From: Candidatus Omnitrophota bacterium | GTDB lineage: Bacteria > Ratteibacteria > UBA8468 > MWAK01 | Length of the DNA: 11,467 bases | NCBI GenBank assembly: GCA_043797665.1 | Contig: JAZDPL010000075.1 | Location: forward strand, 1-11,467 | Reading direction: 5' to 3' | In this document: positions 7,101-11,467 of the stretch, one piece after another | Layout of the letters: every line of letters starts with the position of its first letter | Position numbering within the stretch: the first letter of the stretch is position 1 | The notes under the pieces: generated by a model | The model's database searches: none | Told to the model about the DNA's origin: nothing | Seen by the model: only the letters and a program-made list of their open reading frames with translations | Position numbers and translations under genes: made by a program

Positions 7101-7842
7101 CCGTACGCTGGACAACGATACCGGGGATTTCCTCACCCGCAGTTAATTCCAAACCTTGACCCAGTTTAAGATATTCGTTCAATATCTCTTGACGGGTAGG
7201 TGCTGACTTGTCAAAGGAAAGGTCTGCCATTTTGATGCCGCCATCTGGCTCGCCCCAACTATTTGCTATGTTAAATTCAATATAGGCCACTTTCTTGAAA
7301 TAATCTGTGGGAAACTCCGGCAAGAGAATAAACGGTATAGAAAATTCCGTTAATTCCTCAGGTACCGGCACAGCCACCGGAATTGTGTAGTATTTACCTT
7401 TGGCGCCTTCGGCAGAAGATACGATATTTACTGTTAAATGCATCGGCCTTGACCTGCCTAAGTAAGAAGTTTGAGCAATCTCTTTTCTGGTTAAGGAACT
7501 GACCTTAAACGTAATCTGTTTAAACTCCGAAAGGTCAACCGATGTTTCTTTTCCCTGTCCTACGTTATTCAAGGGGAAGAAATGCAGTCGGATATAACCT
7601 GCAGTTGAATTGACCAGTTCCACGTTCATAACACCTTCTGTTTCTTTTGCCTTTTCCCACCAGCACAGGGTGAAAGTTGCCGTGGGCACGTGGCCCCAGT
7701 CATACGAGAATTCTTGCCCCTGGCTATCTGCGAAGACCCCGCGTTGTCCATTAGTGGGTGAAGTCTCCATTGAAACACCTTCCAAAGAGAATAAATGTCC
7801 CAGCGCAAAGGCACTTACAAGGAATAAAGGTATCTTCAGCAC
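4132..7842 (-). CDS. Secreted multidomain GH42-like (beta-galactosidase-like, clan GH-A) hydrolase with N-terminal CBM-like extension and C-terminal trimerisation domain
   Basis: GTG start with SD GGGAGG 5 nt upstream and a hydrophobic N-terminus. GH42-like segments: PDWL, NLYHPGYIEYVKNVMES..VGVCIGSE (E674), FQQYLKDKHGTIGTLNELWSSTYKSFEEIELP, RFRQ..YKKADPNHP and FADAEY (E831). Class I GATase-like domain DLNRFHLIIIP..WVKNGGALILDGPAG, then a C-terminal beta-sandwich (YLFITNHN). Confidence 0.82.
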   Translation of the reverse strand: MLKIPLFLVSAFALGHLFSLEGVSMETSPTNGQRGVFADSQGQEFSYDWGHVPTATFTLCWWEKAKETEGVMNVELVNSTAGYIRLHFFPLNNVGQGKETSVDLSEFKQITFKVSSLTRKEIAQTSYLGRSRPMHLTVNIVSSAEGAKGKYYTIPVAVPVPEELTEFSIPFILLPEFPTDYFKKVAYIEFNIANSWGEPDGGIKMADLSFDKSAPTRQEILNEYLKLGQGLELTAGEEIPGIVVQRTGQCGINFLGTGEFKLTFSINAAQTGIADGENIFVIIDYFNEYKHWDSNRVDIVVGASKGSFLRYGSSKQGLEPWKLARWQTRAIPLRNPGEIKTLTFTFRKPVIIKEVRLAPLRKNQIEQLNQWEANWGLFSREHLYRVVERGRYSEKFRQAERATNYLKKRMQPEIEKADADLLCAFIQQEERIDTHYHQGLVLIADGKWNEYKTLAAEVEGGNNRIRMQIQECCQDVKLFQNILQKMVDAKRFPWYKFGEFPDFPELKPNQESFFNAFQKEIVFHGFGNSYWPDDFFQIHPRYMYEAHTILGVKTLFNVIGCWVDKDGFFHSDLDQGKTWIEWNERFGFKTTPATGIFHGGLNGPTPDWLIEKYKDDPEFWATGAQGEKAEPHPSMVTGNLYHPGYIEYVKNVMESAGRSWRNNKDFVGVCIGSEAQFKVWSSKGMIPGGYGKLAKKSFQQYLKDKHGTIGTLNELWSSTYKSFEEIELPTQDATKPREPSALIYEHERFRQKTFSNYVKMVSDTYKKADPNHPTWFSPYSTFDMAPDHGWNLADLMASTDISNTHYATLPVTAAFNYMGPRYHNTIFADAEYVTYGAEGCEPNPSEKIKAAGLRGFWMYMSWGCRGFDLWARTFFASGEESYYGNFHDEKFVLPVREAEAIRVSVNRAMKFGDLLRETKIAETGVGILNPTTAIILDPLSNLYPNWAVKNEGEIIYDWLYKNDYPTFIIPEEYVINGKEDLNRFHLIIIPVGTYLPAELIDKIITWVKNGGALILDGPAGLYNQYARMDNRLLNTFFQTKVEAKCITGPGQGQGVKIESLPGGLPIPMLGAKTGEVEKTTTSVKGWLYEITFADAGPATKVFMKLADSNKIGVAEVNYGKGRVLLSSFGLGINGFKDFVLQKAKEYYPEPLVKANVPDAIGYVVRETASGARYLFITNHNSDKPVIAEISIQGKYTRVNDLGIEGGFPVSTRVKDTRTIINVRLAAGDGTCLELSK

Positions 7843-7847
7843 GTTTT

Positions 7848-7854
7848 CCTCCCT
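7848..7854 (-). promoter_or_regulatory. Shine-Dalgarno site of the GH42-like gene
   Basis: AGGGAGG, 5 nt upstream of GTG 7842. Confidence 0.8.
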
Positions 7855-7860
7855 TTTTTA

Positions 7861-10704
7861 TTATTTCAAAATAATTTTTACTGATTTTGCATTCCAGGAA
7901 GAGATAATAAGGCAGTTTTCTTTTTCCGGCGGTTTCTTTCCCGGGAACCAGGGATTTATCCTGTCTGTTTTTTTGGCTAAGGTAATTAAAATTTCTTGTT
8001 TTTCTTCAGGCCGTAGCCAGAAATAATTGTCCGAACAAACCAGGCAGGCATCAGGATGCGTGGAATCTATTTTGACCGGAAAAGCCGGTTTGGAACCTTT
8101 ATTCAATATTTCCATGACAACTCTTTTCTCTTCCGATGTCTCTGACACCCTGGTTATTTTTCCTTCCAGAACGGTAGCCGCTTTCTTAATCTGCGGTTCC
8201 AGCCAGGGTCCTTTTTCCCAACGTATCATCGGCTGTACCTTTGACCGGTACTTCGTTTTTAATCCCCGGACAGAAAGAAGTGAAGTTACCCGTAACCAGT
8301 AACAGTTTCTGGAAAGGAATTCCCTTCCCTTTGTCTGGAGAGAAATCTCCAGGAAAAAATAATGGTCCGCGGTATTATCAGGAATTTTGTATTCAATCTT
8401 TTTCGGTTGACTGGGTTTACCTTCTCCCGGAAGAGATACGGTATATTTCCATTTCTTAACCTCTTCCATCGCCGCATCGTATATCCTCACAGACAGTTCG
8501 GATTCTTCCTTTTTTCCTTCACTTATCGCGATAACATCGGCCGAGAAGATTTCTCCGGGTGCCCAGGAGAACCAGGGAAACCGGGCCAGAACATGGTAAG
8601 GCGCATAGGCTCTTTTCCGGAAGTAGTAGGCGATGTTCGGATTCCCGAACCAATCTACCGTATGCCAGGAACTACACGGACTCAATTGATTAAAGCACCA
8701 CACAGTCTCCCCGCCGTGGTAGGGAAAAAGAGCCCGCCAGTTTTCCGTAACGTATCCATACATCAGCGCCTGGCCCATCTGGGTATATTCCATAATTTTT
8801 CTTATTGAGCACTTGTTGAAATCTCCATATGGCGTCGCTTTCAAAAGGGCTGTTTCCGGTCCCAGGGAACAAGATTCCGCCCAGTGGTCAAAAAGGTCCG
8901 GGTGCTTACCAAAAAACCTTTTCCAGTCATAACCAACCGGTTCATCATTCCATTCTTTTTTATCTACTGTTTTTCTGTAAGATTTTTCCGAAATCATCGC
9001 CGGACTGCTCCATTCGGAAATGAAATTACTTCCCTTTCCATAATGGAAAAGATACCAATTCTCTTCTGCCTGTAACAGACCGGCCGGGCTATAAGCATGT
9101 CTGGTACCTCCGCCCGGCGAAGATGGTCTGAATTCTCTTTCCGGGTCAACCTGCTGACAAATTTCCCGGGAGATTCCAGCTTGCGGAAGTATCTTTTCTT
9201 CATAGGGATCAATTTCATTGCCGAATACCCAGAGTGCCAGAGAAGGATGATTACGCAAGCGGTAGACATTTTGTGTAAGTTGCTCTCTCCAGACATCCAG
9301 TCGTTTCTCATACGGAGGGGGAGAGCCGGCCATTATCTCCTGCCAAACCAGTATTCCGAACTCATCGCATGAATCATAAAATATTTCAGTCTCAAACGGA
9401 ACGACTCCACCGTTTAGCCGTAGTAATCTAATGTTACTCTCCCGGGCAAGAGTGAGAAACCACAGGGTACGGTCCGGTAGATACGACATCGTATCGGTTG
9501 TCGGAAACCAGCATGCACCGTTGGCATAGAATTCCTTTCCGTTGACACGGAAAAGGAACCGGTAATTCCTGTCTGCTTGAGAGTCAACCAGGTCGCTAAT
9601 AGCAGATTTCATGTAAGGATTTTGAAATCCTTGCTTGTCAGGAGCAACTTGTGTTTCTTGCGCCATGCCCCGCCAGGCAGGAGCCGAAGAATCTGATGAT
9701 TCCACCAGAGTAATTGGGCTATTTATGATTCTTGGTTCATCGGGGTCGACTGGATTGCGCACTAATTCTAATTTCCTGATGCCGAACCGGACAAATATTT
9801 CATCGCATACTTGATTTTTTTCGTCAGAAAGAGCAAGAACTGCAGAATAAAGATGCGGCTTGCCCAGGCCTGCCGGCCACCATAATTTCGGGTTCGGTAT
9901 TTTAATACGTTTCTCAAATATGGAACCGCCTGACGGAACCTTTTGAGTAAATTCTTCCCGGAATATCTTTTTAGAACCGGGCCATTCCTGTATTATCAAG
10001 GTAAATCTGCCCCGGTAATCATTCTGGTAATTGTTGACCATACCCTGAAACCATAAAACCGCATAATTACCACTAATTTCTTCCGTATAAACGTATGGAC
10101 ATTCCAGAAAACTTTTTCCTGTAGGCACCAGCCGGACTGAATTCCAGATACCTACTGAAGCGAGTTTATTTCCCCAGGAGAAAGCGCCCCGGCGTAACGC
10201 CGTTGGCTTGAAAATCGGAGAAACCTCCCGTTCATCCCGGGCCTGTCCTGCCCGGACCAACAGTTCATTGCTTTTCCCAAACAGAAGGAGGTTACTTACC
10301 TCAAAAGTAGGCCCTCCGTAGGCACCCTCATGGAACCCCAGATATTTGCCGTTCAGCCATACCCTTCCATAGTAATCCAGATTATCAAATGTCAATCTGA
10401 CAATATGGTTTTTCCAATCTTCCGGCACAAAAAATCTCTTTTGAAACCACCAGTCAGTATGAAAAATCCATTCCACCTTTCGCCAGTTCTGGCTGTACCA
10501 GGGATTGGGAATCTTACCTGCGAAAAAAAGAGCATCCGGCAGGCCGTCTGGTAACCGTACCGTAATCCAGGGAAGACTGTTCAGGTTCTTGGGGTTATCA
10601 ACATACGGCCTATCAGCAACTGCGATGTTCCAGTTTCCGTCCAATGCCAATTGTTTTTTTCTCTTGCAAACAGGGATAAAACAAAATGTCTTCTGTTCTT
10701 CCAT
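7861..10704 (-). CDS. Glycoside hydrolase family 2, beta-mannosidase-like (substrate uncertain)
   Basis: GH2 motifs in the expected order: LTFDNLDYYGRVWLNGKYLGFHEG, GIWNSVRL, PKLWWPAGLGKPHLY, FGIR, FRVNGKEFYANG, CDEFGILVWQE, RLRNHPSLALWVFGNE (acid/base E497, 9214-9216) and FISEW (candidate nucleophile E564, 9013-9015). No obvious signal peptide and no clear SD. Confidence 0.88.
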   Translation of the reverse strand: MEEQKTFCFIPVCKRKKQLALDGNWNIAVADRPYVDNPKNLNSLPWITVRLPDGLPDALFFAGKIPNPWYSQNWRKVEWIFHTDWWFQKRFFVPEDWKNHIVRLTFDNLDYYGRVWLNGKYLGFHEGAYGGPTFEVSNLLLFGKSNELLVRAGQARDEREVSPIFKPTALRRGAFSWGNKLASVGIWNSVRLVPTGKSFLECPYVYTEEISGNYAVLWFQGMVNNYQNDYRGRFTLIIQEWPGSKKIFREEFTQKVPSGGSIFEKRIKIPNPKLWWPAGLGKPHLYSAVLALSDEKNQVCDEIFVRFGIRKLELVRNPVDPDEPRIINSPITLVESSDSSAPAWRGMAQETQVAPDKQGFQNPYMKSAISDLVDSQADRNYRFLFRVNGKEFYANGACWFPTTDTMSYLPDRTLWFLTLARESNIRLLRLNGGVVPFETEIFYDSCDEFGILVWQEIMAGSPPPYEKRLDVWREQLTQNVYRLRNHPSLALWVFGNEIDPYEEKILPQAGISREICQQVDPEREFRPSSPGGGTRHAYSPAGLLQAEENWYLFHYGKGSNFISEWSSPAMISEKSYRKTVDKKEWNDEPVGYDWKRFFGKHPDLFDHWAESCSLGPETALLKATPYGDFNKCSIRKIMEYTQMGQALMYGYVTENWRALFPYHGGETVWCFNQLSPCSSWHTVDWFGNPNIAYYFRKRAYAPYHVLARFPWFSWAPGEIFSADVIAISEGKKEESELSVRIYDAAMEEVKKWKYTVSLPGEGKPSQPKKIEYKIPDNTADHYFFLEISLQTKGREFLSRNCYWLRVTSLLSVRGLKTKYRSKVQPMIRWEKGPWLEPQIKKAATVLEGKITRVSETSEEKRVVMEILNKGSKPAFPVKIDSTHPDACLVCSDNYFWLRPEEKQEILITLAKKTDRINPWFPGKKPPEKENCLIISSWNAKSVKIILK

Positions 10705-10728
10705 ATCCAGAGAGTCAAAATCTCTTTA

Positions 10729-11427
10729 CTACGGGTATTGCCACCAGACCGAACCCATTGTAAGAGCAGTTTCTTTGCTGAACCATTCTGCGTGTCCGTC
10801 ACCGAATCCTACAATTACTCCATTGGTATGCGGATATCCCCATCCGTAATTGACGCCGTTCAAGGGAGCATTGTAGTTTATATCTGCTCCCCACCAGTGG
10901 GGTGTATCGGTACTTTTCCAGTCCATTGCATCTGCAATCACCCAAGTTGTGGAAGGTTTTTCCCAGGTATCAAATTTTCTCGGTCTGACACCCCAGTTCC
11001 AGAAGCCATCACACATGCCTAGGTAGGCGTTCCAGAGATAGGAACGGTTTAAGTTGGTAACTCCAAACCAGGAATGGTTAGTATAATCCACAACTGGTGT
11101 TCTTGTCCGGTCACTGGGACAGTCAAAAATCCATTCTTTGCTTGGTTTGACATAGCCATTTTCAATAAGGAGATGATAGGCACTTTTACTTATGGGTATC
11201 AGTTCCGGTGGGGGTACGTAGTCGTAATCCTGAGCATACATCATTACGGCCAAAAGAATCTGCTTTACGTTGCTGATGCATTTAGCTTGCCTAGCTTTCT
11301 CCCTTGCCATGCTTAACGCCGGCAGCAACATCGCCGCCAGGATGGCAATGATGGCTATTACCACCAAAAGCTCGATCAACGTAAATCCTTTTTTTGTTCG
11401 CACGATTTTCTTCCCCATACCTATCAT
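10729..11427 (-). CDS. Prepilin-type N-terminal cleavage/methylation (class III signal) protein, DUF1559 / H-X9-DG family
   Basis: Basic leader then [27 protein letters not shown] (G-1, F+1, E+5), followed by [40 protein letters not shown] and the C-terminal [13 protein letters not shown] (H-X9-DG). SD GGAGGT lies 5 nt before the ATG at 11427. Confidence 0.93.
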   Translation of the reverse strand: MIGMGKKIVRTKKGFTLIELLVVIAIIAILAAMLLPALSMAREKARQAKCISNVKQILLAVMMYAQDYDYVPPPELIPISKSAYHLLIENGYVKPSKEWIFDCPSDRTRTPVVDYTNHSWFGVTNLNRSYLWNAYLGMCDGFWNWGVRPRKFDTWEKPSTTWVIADAMDWKSTDTPHWWGADINYNAPLNGVNYGWGYPHTNGVIVGFGDGHAEWFSKETALTMGSVWWQYP

Positions 11428-11432
11428 CTTAT

Positions 11433-11438
11433 ACCTCC
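11433..11438 (-). promoter_or_regulatory. Shine-Dalgarno site of the DUF1559 gene
   Basis: GGAGGT, 5 nt upstream of ATG 11427. Confidence 0.8.
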
Positions 11439-11467
11439 ATCCAAACTGAACACTCCTTCGGGTTTGA

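Noticed and set aside
10709..10725. Rho-independent terminator after the pilin-like gene
   Set aside because: The stem is only 5 bp and AT-rich, and there is no U-tract on the transcribed strand.
11019..11294. CTAG appears rare (noticed only at about 11019 and 11291)
   Set aside because: CTAG under-representation is widespread in bacteria, and I did not count it exhaustively.
712..11316. Many 60-148 aa plus-strand and alternative-frame ORFs in the track
   Set aside because: They overlap long minus-strand genes with clear family motifs and have no recognisable domains of their own.
10729..11427. Calling the gene pilA or gspG
   Set aside because: Only the class III signal is shared. The body has DUF1559/H-X9-DG motifs and no T2SS or T4P assembly genes are adjacent in the window.
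1..11467. CRISPR array, tRNA/rRNA, IS element, integron attC sites, DGR repeats
   Set aside because: I saw no regularly spaced repeats, transposase, integrase or reverse-transcriptase motifs, or long duplicated segments. Intergenic gaps inside the operon are under 40 bp. Diverged long repeats could be missed by eye.

Overview
Almost the whole window is one tightly packed minus-strand operon of seven genes. In transcription order they are: a class III signal (prepilin-type) DUF1559/H-X9-DG protein, a GH2 beta-mannosidase-like hydrolase, a secreted 1236-aa GH42-like hydrolase with a ~500-aa N-terminal extension, a secreted or anchored 516-aa unknown that looks like a clan GH-A TIM barrel plus an Ig-like domain, a stand-alone secreted LamG/ConA-like protein, a URO-D/MtaA-superfamily HxC protein, and a degraded ThuA-like gene. 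The layout reads as a pilin-headed polysaccharide-utilisation locus with no SusC/SusD or ABC transporter in the window. Such DUF1559 genes are typical of the PVC superphylum and related candidate phyla, so the taxon is inferred only. Both recognisable hydrolases keep their catalytic glutamates but have altered substrate-site motifs. Non-coding signals: a near-consensus plus-strand sigma70 promoter (66-95) firing antisense into the operon and followed by tandem anti-Shine-Dalgarno motifs; junction scars (a 10-bp direct repeat, a mini-ORF, a GC step); and strong GATC depletion. All family calls come from motif recognition by eye, with no database searches.
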